DNA of 62,661 nucleotides, filler included, from Circinaria calcarea (Eukaryota): NCBI GenBank assembly GCA_051942165.1. It is 3 parts of 3 records of this genome, joined end to end, with 100 filler letters (N's around TTAATTAATTAA, not from the genome) between each part and the next. Parts side by side here need not be neighbours in the genome. Positions count along the whole stretch, not along the records: positions 20,952 to 41,794 come from JAVECS010000161.1; positions 41,895 to 62,661 come from JAVECS010000163.1; 1 more part is not named here. One strand, written 5' to 3'. Made by a program: the position numbers and the translations under genes. The notes under the pieces are model-generated. The model saw only the letters and a program-made list of their open reading frames with translations. It ran no database searches and was not told the DNA's origin. Shown here one piece after another: positions 34,319 to 48,505 of the stretch (its first letter is position 1; each line of letters starts with the position of its first letter).

Positions 34319-37300
34319 ATGAGCTTCCCTCCTCTTCACCCGCCTTCTCAGAATTCCATTGCTTCTGGTGCCCCGAAATCTACCAGCGCAGGATCGGCGA
34401 GGACTCGACAGTCAGCCTGGGGGCTGTCTGCTCAGACCGCTGGTGCTCGTCGTGGTTTACCCCCTTTGGCTACCAACCTGGGCGCTTCATCCGTTGAGTC
34501 GTCTGCGCGTCGGCAAGGCGCATCCAACAGTCCTTCCATCAACACCGTCTCAGCCTCACCATTCGCTCCCAGTTTCTCGTCTGTCCTGAATTCGTCCAAT
34601 CGAGTGAACCCTAGCCGAAACACCTCGTCCGCTTCCTCATCGACTCCTCCCTTCACACCGCTTCAACCTGGATCACAGCAGCTCTCTCAGAACAGTCAAT
34701 TACTGGCCTCTCCGCGATCTCGGACCAACACACCCTTCGCCACGTCCAACTTGGCGCCCACCGCTGCGGCGTCCAATACTGCGTCGCAGGGAGGAGGAGG
34801 TGGGAGTAGTGGTGGTGGGCCTAGCTCAAGACCTGCCACATTTTCACCTTCTTTATCACAGCAAACCCTAAGCTCTCCAACCACCGCAACGTTCGATCGC
34901 ACCTCTTTTACTTCGCTAGCCTCCACATCTGCTACTTCAAGTCAGTCTTCTGTGTCCAAAATCGTGGTTACCCAGGTTTTCCTCCTTTTAGGTTCCATTA
35001 CAGAGAAAGAAGGTAAAGCTAAGTGGGACTCCCAAGCTGATGCAATACGAAAGGTGGGCTACACATCCCTCTACTCTTCTCACGTTTCCTGGAAGTACTT
35101 CTGAGCTTTGGTTGATAGTTTGCAGCTGGTAGAATCAAACGGCATGGACGTCTTTGCCAAGTACTTCCGCCGATTACTGGTCGGAAACTCACCTCAGATA
35201 TTTCCAGGTGTGAATAGAAATGTCGAGAATCCAGGAAACTACCAGTTACTGGTGCAGGAGATGGAACGGGTGACTCAAGACCCCGAGCAAGGGAAGAAGA
35301 TTGCGGAAACGATTGATACTTCTGAGGGAGATATATTTCGTGACTTTGACCTTGCAACGTTCATGAATCACTTCAAACTAGATCCTGTGGCCAAGACGTT
35401 GCTGGCCTCATCGTTTACCCAAGTGACAAGGCCAGATCTAAGGACCAAAGGTAAGTTATAGTGTTGCCGATTAATGAGAGATTTCCTCTGATACTGTCTA
35501 GCTGGGTCGATCCTCATCAGCAATTTCCCGTTTCTATTACAAAGTCTTGCGAACTTCCATATTCCGGAGCATGATAATACCCCATCTTTACTGGCAACCG
35601 CCGCTTTTCGATTCCTTCGAGATCTTCCTGAAGCTTCTAGGGATGGCACGGAGAAAAATCGGATATATCTTACGCTTCAATCTCGTTACGCAAGGCAAGG
35701 CATCCCTGTGCCTGCCGTGATCCGCTCAGCAATGGCCTTGACAGATTTGCTGGAGTCAAGACACGAACTCGCCAAAGATTTGCAGAGACATGGGCCTGGT
35801 GTCACAGCAAGCATCGAGACTGCAAAGGATACCCTACGTCGTTATTCTAGAATCGACCTTGATGAAGAACAGATTTCGGGGGCTCTATTGTTCATGGTCC
35901 TTACCCCAGACTGGCAACTCTACCGGCCTAGCATCTTCGTGGCGGCTGTCCGGGACCTTCTCGGGACAGATTTCAACTGGCAACAAGTTGTTCGCGGTTT
36001 CGACCGTCACGGTCTTACAGTCACGCCAGATCAGTTCTTGGTACTGTTCAATGCACTCCTACCAATTGCCCAAGATGACAAAACTTTTGATATACAATCT
36101 CTCTGGGGAGGGCAGTGGGAGTATCCCACAACACAGCTTTCATTTGTTCTAGCATTCACGTCACTACCGCCATCGCAGCTGGACGCGACTTCCATCCCAA
36201 GGCTACGGAAATCTTATGATCCCGATGATTGTCTCGATGGGCCGGAACAAGTAGTGCGATTCATCGATGAAGCACACCGGAATACTATGATTTCAGTGGA
36301 TGCAGTTGTAGCCTTTTTCGATATCGTCTGGGATGCTGATGAATCACCAAGTCCAGAGGATGTTGCTGCGGCCAAAGACGTTATAAGCGTAAGTATGGGG
36401 TACTTCCTATGTTCCGCTGCTGGTACCCCTAAACCTTGGACACCCAGTAAACATTCAATCATGGCCAAGATGATGCTGCCATTCCTCCTCAGACAAGAGG
36501 AAATCCATAGCTTCGTTCTCCACTCACTATGGAAGCAGGATAAGCAGTGGGTTGCTACCAGACTCATCGAAACTCATCTTGAGGACCCCATAAAGCTCCC
36601 CATCTTACTCGACCATGCGCAGGAACATGGCTGGCTTGAGGATCTTTGTACGATGATGAATGGATTCGGCATCGACTTGGCTGCTCTGGCTCATCGTAAA
36701 GGTTACATTGATATTGATCAATGGGCACAGGAGAAATTAGCACGCGGTCCGGGTGAACTTGCAATGGCGATATCCAAGTTTCTTGTTATCAAGGCCCAAG
36801 ACGAATTGCGAACTGCGCGACGAGAGCAGCCTGCTGCGCGTACAGTCAGCCTTGCCATGAAGACTGTTCATGCTATGCTAGTATTCCTTGAAGAGCACAT
36901 GAAGGATCGAATGGATGAGCTCATACTTCTCGAACGGCAATGTGTAGGAGCGTATCCCAGACTAATCAACTACGGCGAAGGTTACGATGATCTGATCGAG
37001 ATTAACAGTGAAAGAGGCAATTCTTTACTCCCCTCAGCCGATGCTGAGATGCAAGAGCTATACAGGAAAATGTATAGCGCTGAACTAGAGGTCCGGAGCA
37101 TTGTTGAAGCTTTACGGGAGTATAAGACCTCGCCCGAGCTGTCCAAACAAGATCTGTTCTGCTGCATGATCCACGGACTCTTTGACGAATATGTCTGCTT
37201 CAACGAATATCCTGATGGGCCATTGGCAACTACGGCAGTACTATTTGGGGGTATTATCTGCTATGGCTTAGTTTCAAACATCACACTTCACGTCGCTCTA

Positions 37301-40300
37301 GAAATGGTACATGAAGCCGTCAGAGAGTATGGTCCGGAGACATCCATGTTCAAATTTGGACTTCAAGCCCTTCTCAATTTTCGAAACAGGTTACAGGAAT
37401 GGCCCGAATATTGCAGCCAGCTTGTCCGAATCCCTGCTCTTCAGGGCACAGAGATATACGAATTGGCGCAACAAGTATTGCGCAGCAAGAGGGACCTGTC
37501 AGGTGCCAATGGCGTTGAGGGACTTGGTGATGTTATCAACCTTACTAATGGTGATTTCGACGCCTTCATTTCTTCGGATCTCAGCATGCAGAGATTCAGA
37601 TCTGTGAATGCAGACATGGATTCCCACGAGGAATATTATGAAGAGCCAGAGGAGGAGGTGCAAGATAAAGTACTCTTTGTCCTCAACAACATCTCGGAGC
37701 AAAACATCAATGCCAAAACTACCGACCTGAGCAATGCACTAGACGGAAAGTATCACCGTTGGTTCGCATCTTATCTGGTTGAACAACGTGCAAAACTGCA
37801 GCCCAACTACCAGCAACTGTATTTAAACATGCTGAATCTGCTAGGGGACAAGAAGTTATGGGTTGAAGTACTTCGTGAGACGTACGTTAATGTTCAGAAA
37901 GTCATTAATGCCGAGTCGACCATGGCCTCGGTCCTTGAACGAACGCATTTAAATAATCTAGGGACTTGGCTTGGATCTTTGACGATCGCCCGGGACAAGC
38001 CAATTAAGCAGAAACACATCTCTTTCATGGACCTTTTGATTGAAGGCTGGGAGACACAACGTATGATGTTGGTCGTACCCTTCACTTGCGCAGTGCTAGC
38101 TGAAGGTACAAAGTCCGTGGTTTTCAAGCCTCCAAACCCTTGGCTTATGGAGATATTCAGCCTCCTGCTTGAGCTGCACGATACCGAAGGGATAAAGATC
38201 AATCAGAAGTTCGCGATCGAGCTCATGTATGAGAAATTTGGGCTTGACAAACATGGAAAAGGGATACTGAAATCCGGGATACTTACGACTCGGAAAGAGA
38301 TGTATCAGTCTAATCTGGCTGGACCGATGATGTCCGATGGTATTGACGGCTTTGAAGACCTTGGCCTTGGGAGTTCGGAAAAAGGGCTTCGTAACGCGAG
38401 GTTCTCCCCAGCTGCCATCGCTTCCTCGTTGCCAGATCTTGAGAACTTGCTCAGTTTCCCGCCGTTGTCTGGGAGTCCTGCTGCTCAGGCTCGTTCACGC
38501 CAGGCTGTGCAAGTTGCGGTACAGCGTGCAATTGCGGAAATTGTGGCACCCGTAGTTGAACGCTCGGTGACGATAGCAACACTTGCTACCGCTGCTTTAA
38601 TCACCAAAGATTTCGCACGTGAATCGGATGAAGATCGGGTCCGACAAGCCGCCCAAAAGATGGCACGAGCGTTGTCTGGCAGCTTGGCCTTGGTCACCAG
38701 CAAGGAACCCCTTCGAATGAGCATGACAAACTTTATTCGTCTAGCGCAAAACGAAGTAGCTGATCAAGCTCTCCCAGAAGGGGCCATACTAATGTGCGTC
38801 AATGACAATCTTGATACCGCCTGCGGTGTAGTTGAAAAGCAAGCGGAAGAGAGATCGATTCCAGAAATTGAACCCCATATCGAGAACATGATAGCATCAC
38901 GCCGGCAACATAGGCAGGATTATCCCACGGAACCCTACAGAGATGCAGCTTTCAGCCCATGGTCTGGATACATCCCGGAGCCTTACAAGCAACTGGCTAA
39001 CGGTCTATCGCCGGAGCAAATGGAAATATACTCGCAATTTGCCCGCCAGGCGCGTGGATCAACTAACCACATACAGACATCATCAACTGATAGCGGTAGA
39101 CAAATCCCTGACGTACTGCAAGAAGCCTTTCCATCCATGCCTAATCTTCCAACTCCATCAGAACCACCAGCCTTACCTCATCAGGCGGCCCAGCAGCAGC
39201 AACAGTCACAGGGTCGTATGCCGCCTCAGCAAGCCGTAGCTCAACGCCCTCAGCCTCAGGTAAACGGCTATATGGACACTAGGACAATTCAGGACCACAT
39301 ACAGGAGATGATTGCTGAACTTAATCACTTGAGTAAGAGCGCCTCGGAGAAACGGTTCAAAGAACTGAGTCGGGATAACAGTGTTGTTGATATTATCGGG
39401 CGAATACAGCATCTCATCATGGCTTCGAGTCCGAATCATGACAACGTAGCCCTACTCACGGCGAGCGCTGTTTGCTCGGTACTAAATGGTATCACTACTA
39501 ACGGTTTAGAGGTGGAGGTTTTCACCCAACTACTTCACAAGCTATGCCACATTTCACTGAACACTGCCAAAGAAGTGATACTACTATTCCGAAACCAGGA
39601 TGATGACAAGATACTCAATACACCGGTAACGGCCGCCTTGCTCGAGATTGGCCTGATGGAATTTGGCCATGTGGATATGGCGTTGACCAGAGCGATGCAT
39701 CAACAGAAGGTTGCTGCGATCGAATGCCTGTCGAATCTGTTGGACCTTCTGCTATTCACCGATCACCCTGTCGCCTTACGTGCTGATTTTGCAAGCAGTC
39801 TCGGCGCAATGGGACAGTGGCTTGCTCAGCAACCAGATCTTGCCATCGCAAAAGATGTTCAGTCAAGACTAAAGGATGCGGGAATTCCGGAAGATCTCGA
39901 CCTCAGCCTAGGGGACCAATCGCTGATCCAGCAAAACCAGATGCAGTATGTCTTCTCGGAATGGATCATCCTGTGCAGTCACCCAGAGCCAAATGATGGA
40001 ATGTTTGTGGCCTTCATATCGCAACTGCACCAGCGACAGCTTCTCAACTCGCAGGATGAAATGGTTGTGTTTATACGCCTCTGCATAGACTATTCAGCAG
40101 AGACTCTTGAACGAGAGGAGCAGCTTACAGCAGATCCTGGCGATATGTACTTTACTATCGACGCTCTGGCCAAGCTCCTCGTACTCTTGGTCAAGAATCA
40201 AGGCGAGACCTATGGAGCGGTTAAAGGCAATAAGCCATCCTACATGAACTCTCTTCTATCATTGATAATACTCATATTGAACAATCATCATGTGGTGCGC

Positions 40301-41621
40301 GGAGAGCAGTTCAATCAGCGCATGTTCTTTCGGCTCTTCTCGACAATGCTATACGACTGGTACGATTTCGGTCGGGTGGATAGCAGTCAGGATAAAGAGA
40401 TGGCGTTGGTTTTCGCAGAAAACTTCCTGCTTCTCGAGCCACACTCTTTTCCAGCATTTACATATGGCTGGTTAAATCTGATATCACACCGAGTCTTCAT
40501 GCCAGCCATCTTGAAGTTGTCGGATGATGAGGTTAGTCTCTAGGCTTTGCTTGCCCGTGTACCTTTATCTGCTGATGCTAGTCAGGGCTGTGAACCGTTT
40601 GCGAAAATCATAGAGCGCATGCTTTCGTATGTCGGTGAGCTCCTAAGATACCCAACGGTTGCCGGAGTCGCCAAGGAGCTGTACAAAGGTGTTCTGAGGA
40701 TCTTGCTGGTTCTCCATCACGACTTTCCAGAGTTCTTGGCGGAGAACCACTACCGCTTTTGTAACATCATCCCAGCCCATTGCGCTCAACTTCGAAACTT
40801 GGTCCTTAGCGCGTATCCATCATCCATTCCAGAGCTACCAGACCCTTTCACCTCAGGCCTGAAAGTTGATCGCCTAGAGGAAATCAGAAAGGCGCCGAAA
40901 GTAGCCGGGGATACCATCTCGCCGCTTCGCCATGGCAGCATCAAAGACATCATCGATCGTTCGGTGCAGGGCGTTGATATTTCAGATGATAACATCACGA
41001 AAATTGCCGAAGCGGCTTATATATCACCGAGAGGAGCAGAATCGCCCCATTCGTCCTTAGCTATTGATTCAGTTCTCCTCCATGCTATTATTCTTTACAT
41101 TGGCCAGACTGCAACTTCTGGATCTGGGTTCAAAAACGGCCCTGCCTTTACTCCAGAATCTCCCCAGGCGATCTTGATGAAACGATTGACAAAAGAGTTA
41201 CACCCCGAAGCTCGATACTACTTCCTAAATGCTATCGTCAATCAGCTACGTTATCCAAATAGCCATACCCATTACTTTAGTTACGCCCTACTGCACTTGT
41301 TTGGTAACGATCATGCAGATCAGCAGGAGTCCGATGTCCGCCAACAGATCACTCGTGTCTTTCTCGAGCGACTCATAGTGCATCGCCCACATCCTTGGGG
41401 ATTGATTATCACTCTACTAGAACTGCTAAAGAATCCAACCTACGCGTTCTGGGAACTCCCTTTTATCAAGGCTGCGCCGGAAGTATGTAATTTATTTCAC
41501 TACATCCTCCGCCCAAAAAATCTAGGCCCTTGTCCCAACTGACAGCGTTTTTGTGCAGGTGAAGAAACTATTCGAAGCTCTCTTCCAGCACATTAACCAA
41601 GACCCACGCGCTTTGGCTTGA
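34319..41621 (+). CDS. NOT1: CCR4-NOT scaffold subunit Not1, 5 exons
   Basis: Introns 35054-35125, 35451-35501, 40532-40585 and 41483-41558. Motifs CMIHGLFDEY..YP..LATTAVLFGGII, FKPPNPW, LHHDFPEFL, NQLRYPNSHT, ERLIVHRPHPWGLIITLLEL. Confidence 0.98.
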
Positions 41622-41794
41622 GAAACGGCGCGATTGTTGAGAAATACCCAAAGGTTTTAATATGAGGTGTATGGTGCTAAAACAACATTGCGATGGAGTC
41701 TACTGTGTTTACTACCGTAACATATCGGTATGGGGGCTTGCGAGTCGAGGGCACCGGATCTGCGAGACACTTTTCGTCTGTTACCCTTCCCACG

Positions 41795-41894
41795 NNNNNN
41801 NNNNNNNNNNNNNNNNNNNNNNNNNNNNNNNNNNNNNNTTAATTAATTAANNNNNNNNNNNNNNNNNNNNNNNNNNNNNNNNNNNNNNNNNNNN
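41795..41894. other. Artificial contig-joining spacer N44-TTAATTAATTAA-N44
   Basis: Same 100-bp structure as 20852-20951. Confidence 0.97.
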
Positions 41895-42202
41895 GGCGAT
41901 GGGCATGATTGATGGGGGGGAAGAGGAGATTTTTCCGACCCATAAAAGAAAACTTGTGAGTAGAAAAATGCATCTTAGATGGATTTACTTACCTTTACTT
42001 TACCCCTCAACTGATAATTTCTCAAAGAATGAAAACTACCTGCGGGAAAAATCTAAATAAATTTACGAAGTAGAATTTCCCCCAGCTAGGGTACGCCTCC
42101 ATACTCCCTTCTCCCTCTTCCCCACTATCCCTCGCTACCTCACCTCACCGTCCCATCCCATAGATGCCTTACGACGGTTTATATATATTACCTTACCCCT
42201 TT

Positions 42203-42331
42203 ACATCTCAACTAACATCTCAACTACATCTCAACTAACATCTCAACTACATCTCAACTAACATCTCAACTACATCTCAACTAACATCTCAACTACATCT
42301 CAACTACATCTCAACTACATCTACATCTAAC
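42203..42331. repeat. Minisatellite ACATCTCAACT(A) x~10 with alternating 12/11-bp units
   Basis: Direct reading of the sequence. Confidence 0.9.
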
Positions 42332-45300
42332 TCTACTCTCTCCACTTTCACTTTCAACCACTCACACGAGTTTTGTTTTGTTTTGGGGGGGAGAAGAGAA
42401 ACAAAAGATGAGATGAGCGGGATTGTGTACATAGACAACCAGGAGAGAAGGGGGCAGGGGCAAGAGCAAGAGGGCTAGAATAGGAATTGGGGGGAAAGAG
42501 AACCAGGGTTTGGGTTTGCCCTAGTTTAGCGAAGTGGCAGGATTCTACGAGATTGGGAGAATTTTATAAGGCCGGGGGTTTTGGATTTTGCAAAAAGGAT
42601 GACGGGGAGAGGGGTTGAAGGGTTTGGAAGGAAAAAGAGTTCCTGAGGGCGAAGCTTTGACTTTTCGAGAACGATATGGTGGGCGGAAAGAGTGCGTGGC
42701 GCTTGATTAAAAAAAAAAAAAAAAAAGTGGTGAATTATTTAATTTACTTGCCGACCGTAGCTCCTACTCAATAACAGGTGTAAACCCCCGGAAATCCAAG
42801 GCTTATCACAATTTTAGGGGGCCCTGATTAGGCAAGCAACCACGGTGGGGGAAAATCAATCGTTAACCACCTTTTTTGCTTCAAGCGCGTTGGGACTGTA
42901 CTGTGAGTACGTGCTTTGGAGCCGTGATGACGGCTTCCATATGGTAGGGATTCGGCCGCTGGACTCGGTCCTGCAGCGGTGCCGAAACCGCCCTTTCAGG
43001 CCTGTGATCACTCTGGTGTCGTACCGATTCATGGACCCTCTACTCTAATGAAGACTGCAGGCTGACCATCTACTCCGTATACGGTATGTATGATTCCAAA
43101 GGGCAACGTCAAATGGAAGGCCCCGTCGGCGGTCGCATTGCTGTTTCCGGCCGCTAACCTGATTCCGGACCACTTTACCCTGCAGTAGCTTCCCAATCCC
43201 GCCCCCATTGGTGCTTTTGCGACGATCCAGTCCAGATGCTGGGATCTCACGCGCCAGCACTAGCGGGGCCTGTAGAGTCTGCTCGCTGGGAATTCCCCAA
43301 TCTTCGGATTCTGGGGGAAGCGCCAGCGATCGGTCCGGCACGTGGAATTCCAGATTGACTCTCCATCCATTGTACATGAGCCCTCTTGCCGGACGCTGCA
43401 GCGGAAAAGGGAAGATTTGGGTACGAATACCTACTACGCCAAGGACAATATTGGGCACTGTCCTGATAACTCTCGTGTCTATTTGGTAGATCCCGCACTT
43501 CAGGGGCATCCTTCCACTCCAGATTTTCCTGCGTCATTCGGGGCAATGAACATCGGCGCAACAGGTCGTGATTGGTTGCCTACGATCCATTCTCCCCACT
43601 CACGCTGCAAGTGTTGAAATGGAATTTTCCTTCCGAGCGCCAAACTCGTGGCTAGCTGGACGCAATCGAATCCTTATCCTCGGAGGCACTCGCTTGGCTG
43701 AAGTGTCAGATTTCAAGGCTTCTCCATCCTCCTGCCCTTTCTTTTTCCTCACCTCGAGGCATCCATAAACTCACCATGCTAGAAGAGGAAGGCGACCTTC
43801 TCGAGTATGCTGCGGCGATCCGGTTGTCGGTCATGTCGGCCTTTAATGCACGGTTGGTTTCCAGGTATGTTTTGTGATACCGACATCCTGCGAGAGAATA
43901 GTCGTAAAGTTTGTTCAGTAGGGCCCTCCCTCCTTCCTTCCCCCCTTCGCACTTGATTTCTATCTTGGTACGACCGGGGAGGTGGCTGTGTGTAGGGTGG
44001 GGTGGGGGGAGAATCCGATTCTTGCGTCTGCGGAGTTGTCCGGTACGCGTTTTGACTGGCTCATTTACTCGTATCCGCCCAAGGCCCATGCTTCCCTGTT
44101 AGGTCGGATTCCTGGGCCCCCTAAGAGTGAGGCTAGAGTCGCCTCGAGCACTAGGCATCGTGCCTCCATTCCCAGAGGTTTGGATCTCGATTCGGTCACG
44201 TCCCGGACCTAAGATCTTACCTTTCGCTAAACGGGCCCTCTGATTCGCCGTCTCGAGGTAGGAGGTAAAGTCGAGTCAATTCCGCTGAGCAACAGGCCGT
44301 GTACGATGCGACAGTAGGGGCCAATGCAACGGCAACCGTGTCTGCGTCGAGCTTCGAAAGGGTGTCGAGAGCCACGTGAGATCCCTGCCGCCGGGGTTGT
44401 CAAGTGTATTATCGTTCATGCATTGCTGTGTCTCTATGCCCTTGAACGATAGAGTGATGAGCAAAGACTAAGCAGCCGACTCCTCCAGACAGTCCTAGAT
44501 GCGCTGCACGGGGCCAACGATCACCAAGGACAGGACGCACGGAGGTGATGGTATTCAATCGCCAGATAGGCAGAAAGCATCTAGCCGAGCTAGCCCCATC
44601 ATCGACTGAGCTGTGCGTAATCTTTTATGCTGTGGACGGTGAACCCTTCGTCCCTACCCTTGCCCAGGAAACGAAAAAGCCTTCCGCCTTGTTTTTGCGG
44701 CATGGCGCCTGGATTGGACGGACCAGGGGATCCCCTCGGTAGCAGGCAGCCTGGGAAATATGACTGAAAACGTATACGGGAGTCAATCATATCAATCCTC
44801 CGTCGACACCCTTGGTGACTATCGCGTACACAGATTGGTGCGGGCTGAAAATCTCCTGCTAACTGGACACTAGATGTCCCCGGACGAAGGGTAGGCAGTC
44901 CCCAATTTCCCCGGCTGGGCGGTCTGAACTTGGAGATGCCACGTGAAGGCGCTCTGGCTCTGCATCTGGCTCTGCATCATGCAGAATTAGGACAATGCAC
45001 AATGCTCTACGCTGCCTGCCAATCCTTACTTCCAGTTTTACGTCCGTAAGCAATTCCCCGCCGAGATTGCTATCGCACCTACGGAGCACCGGTTACATAT
45101 TCGACTACCTTTCACGCCGTATGTCTTGGCTACTGTCGCCGTAGTTGAGCAGGACAATAGTGAGTCGCGAGAACAAAGGGACAATCTCTACATGTGCATG
45201 GGTAGCGTTGCCAGCTGGCGGAAGACGGTTAGCATGCGGCTCTTCTGCACTTGCAGCAGGGAGAACAGTCGTTCAGCAGTAGCACCCTCTTTTGGACTAG

Positions 45301-45940
45301 CGCCCAATGATGATTTTCCGTGGTAGACAACCAACCTGGTCGTGTCATCGGCGAACAGGATTGACCAGCGACGGGGCAATCCGTCCTGCGTTACTGGTTG
45401 TCATGTCCTTTGTAAGAATGAGATCGAGTTGTGAGATGGAATAATGTGACGGTGGTGTTCCACGCCCCATATGCTCCATCCTCCCGGAAATCTCGCAAGC
45501 CCGTCTGACAGCCAACATGGCCGCAATTGTCCAAGGGCCCAGGTCCGGCTTTCCCACACTACGGCGGCGGCGGGGAGCCATGCTGCAGCGATGCATCCCC
45601 TTGCGAATATGCAGCCCCCGAACACGACTATTCCTGATCGACTCCTCAACTATTGTCTGCAATCCTATTGATCGCAATTCCCTCCGTCCAGTATTACAAA
45701 TCCAGCAGCAGAAGGGAGCCCTCGAGTGGCCAATGGGACGCGGCGCCGGGACGCGATAGGCTGGATCGTGGACGGACGTCGTTCAATGCGTTCCACTCCC
45801 TCAGATTGGGTAAGGCTGCGCTGAGGTGGACGGGCGACCTTGTAAAGGTACAACCATGGGGGCCAGATGCCGTTGCTCCTTCGGGACACGCGCTTCTCCT
45901 TCTTGGGGTGGTCGACAGCGGTGGTCGAACCCGGCTGCTC

Positions 45941-45979
45941 GGTTTTCTCGGTTTTCTCGGTTTTCTCGGTTTTCTCGGT
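45941..45979. repeat. (GGTTTTCTC)x4 tandem repeat
   Basis: Direct reading of the sequence. Confidence 0.9.
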
Positions 45980-47086
45980 CGAATCCAGACGGGTCAGATA
46001 TCATCAAGGCATCTCGTAATCACCCTGCCTGTTGCCCTGTTCGGCATCGTAGTCGCGGACATAGCGCCAGCTGACAGCGAAACCAAGAGATACGGTAAAC
46101 CAGTCGAACCAGCCTGGGACGGCACACATCATTCACATATCATCCTCACCACCGTCCCGACAATCCTCCCCCCCCCCTCTCTTCTCGCCAAAGGCCCAGC
46201 CCTTGACACAGCCATCCGCTCCCTAAATCCTCTCTAAAAGCGCCAAAGCCGACAAGCTTAACATAGCGATCGACACTCCACCGCTGCAGGCTGGCTCCGA
46301 CTGCAGAGTCACCGTGTTTATCATATATACTTTTGCACCGACAACACGCACCGTTCTCGTTGCGAAGGCTGCCTGTCGACCTCGCTCCCTCCTCGACCTC
46401 GTTACGATCTGCAACTGATCCACGGTTTCAGAGCTTGAGCTTCCCCTTGCGCAGCCGAAAAGGTACAGTCCTGGAGAAAAGCTATCCAAAGCTGTCGGTC
46501 GTTCCAGTCGGGTCGCAGAGCTTGGCTTGGAGACCTACAAACGAGATCGAGAACTCGACGACACAACCGCGCTGTCCAAGCTTCGAGTCCTTTCGCACTT
46601 CACAACGCCTGCGTAAAGCGTTCACTCTCACCGACCCCAGGTGCAATACATTGCGGGCCCTATCCTGCAGGCTTTTTGACAAAGGTGTTGCGATTCTACC
46701 AGAGCTGGGATACGAACAAAGAAAGAAGTCCAGGACAACCACGACTTCGGTACGATCAGTCCTTTCCCATAGTCGCTCTATAACCATTCGACACGACGGC
46801 GGCCCTTGTACATCCTCCGCCGGGGGACCACTTTCGGCTTCCGAGTCTTTTGTCGCCTCGGTCACTACCTGATCGATTTGACTTCACAGCACCGCCAGCG
46901 CTGGCTTCGACATTGAAGTTGCCCTCCCTGGATTATTCGCAAGCACAGGCCGGTCATTACTGGCCTGGCGCAAACGCATCTTCGCCAGCTGCTGCCCTTC
47001 CGCCTGCGAATACCCTTCCGACCCCTCCAAGCACAGGGGACGAAGCCTATAAGCCACCAAGCCAACACCGTCCAGATCCGTACAAT

Positions 47087-48505
47087 ATGGGGACAATGCT
47101 CCAGCAACCTGGGATGGTCTCAAATTTAGAGCCGATGAGTGCGCCAACCAGCTTCACTGCTCGAAGGTCGGCGGCGTCGAACTTACCTAATTTTGAACTT
47201 CCTCCACCGCCACTGTCCCAGAAGTATCCTCCGCTATCAACATTGAACATTACTCATCATACCCCTGCGACTTCTAACGTAGGTAACCTACTTACACCTC
47301 CCTCGAACGTTCCCGGAGATAGCCTCAGTCCAGTCTCGTCGGGAACAAACAGCGTCAACAACACCGCGGCGAATCAAGGTCTGCCACCATACACTCCTAC
47401 TGGCTTCTGGCCTCCGCCTGGCTCTGGCTTGACACCTTTTGCTTCTTTTGGTACAGGGACCACGCCGCAACCTTGGGGCCAGGGAACCAATTTCATGCCC
47501 TTCCCGCCTAGGGGCATGTTTTCCCCATCATTGAACTCAATGTTGCGCAATAACTCAAACTCACCCGCAGCTAATGAGGGTGTTCCACCACCGCCGCCAT
47601 ATGACTTTCAACTACCTCCGTTTCCAAGCTCGTTATCCATGTCAGCTCCGGGGAGCTTACCAGCTTTAGTGGCTCAACAGCAGCAACAGGCGATGGCCTA
47701 CATGAGTGCTCAAACTCCAGGATCCGCCTCAACTACTCAATCATCACCTGGGAATCCGTCAGAACCGTACATGCAGCGACACCCTCCAACACCGACATAT
47801 TACAGCGGCTCGCAACCCTCCTCAACCCCACAGCAAAGTCACTTTCCAGCTTTCGCAGCTCCGTCGCCTATACAACAAAGCCCAATGAGTGCGGGTGCAC
47901 CCAACCCTAGGATATCACCGACAAATTCTCAACCTGCGGTTCTTCAGCCTTCCCCGTCACAACCGCTGCCCCAATTCGCAAGACCTTTCAATCCGTATCC
48001 ATTACCAGCCATGTCAGGCCCCGTCATGTCCAATGTCCATAGTCCTGGAGGTCAGATGTCACTAGTTGGAGGGCTGCCAGGGGGCATGATGCCTGGTTTT
48101 AACAGTGGACACGCTGCACAGTTACAACAGATGTATGGGACGCCCCAGCAGACTCCTCACAACGATCGTCCCTTCAAATGTGACCAATGTCCCCAGAGTT
48201 TCAATCGAAATCACGATCTAAAGAGGCATAAAAGGATCCATTTGGCTGTGAAGCCTTTTCCTTGTGGGCATTGTGAAAAAAGCTTTTCCAGAAAGGATGC
48301 TTTGAAGGTAAGCTTGCAGGCAAAACGATCTTGAAGCGGAGATGGTAATTAACTGGCGATATAGAGACACATACTGGTCAAAGGTTGTGGAAAGGCACAT
48401 GGGTCTGATCCAAATCGAAAAGCCGGGTCAATGTCCCCGGTCGAAAAGTTGGAGGCTTTGAGCAGTGATAATGACGACAGTCCTATTCTTGATGGCCACA
48501 ACTAG
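47087..48505 (+). CDS. C2H2 zinc-finger transcription factor (Pro/Gln-rich, two C-terminal fingers), 2 exons; true start may be upstream
   Basis: RPFKCDQCPQSFNRNHDLKRHKRIHLAVKPFPCGHCEKSFSRKDALK|RHILVKGCG; intron 48308-48364; first in-frame ATG at 47087, frame open from 46784. Confidence 0.9.

Noticed and set aside
21921..41621. TBP, SR factor and NOT1 as a functional gene-expression cluster
   Set aside because: They are ordinary core genes; co-location alone gives no evidence of a system.
42203..42331. Tandem repeat near a contig end as telomere or CRISPR array
   Set aside because: It is not TTAGGG-like, has no unique spacers and lies in a eukaryotic context; it is an ordinary minisatellite.
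47087..48505. Naming the C2H2 factor FlbC or CrzA
   Set aside because: The finger sequences do not match my recollection of either family, so the symbol is left blank.
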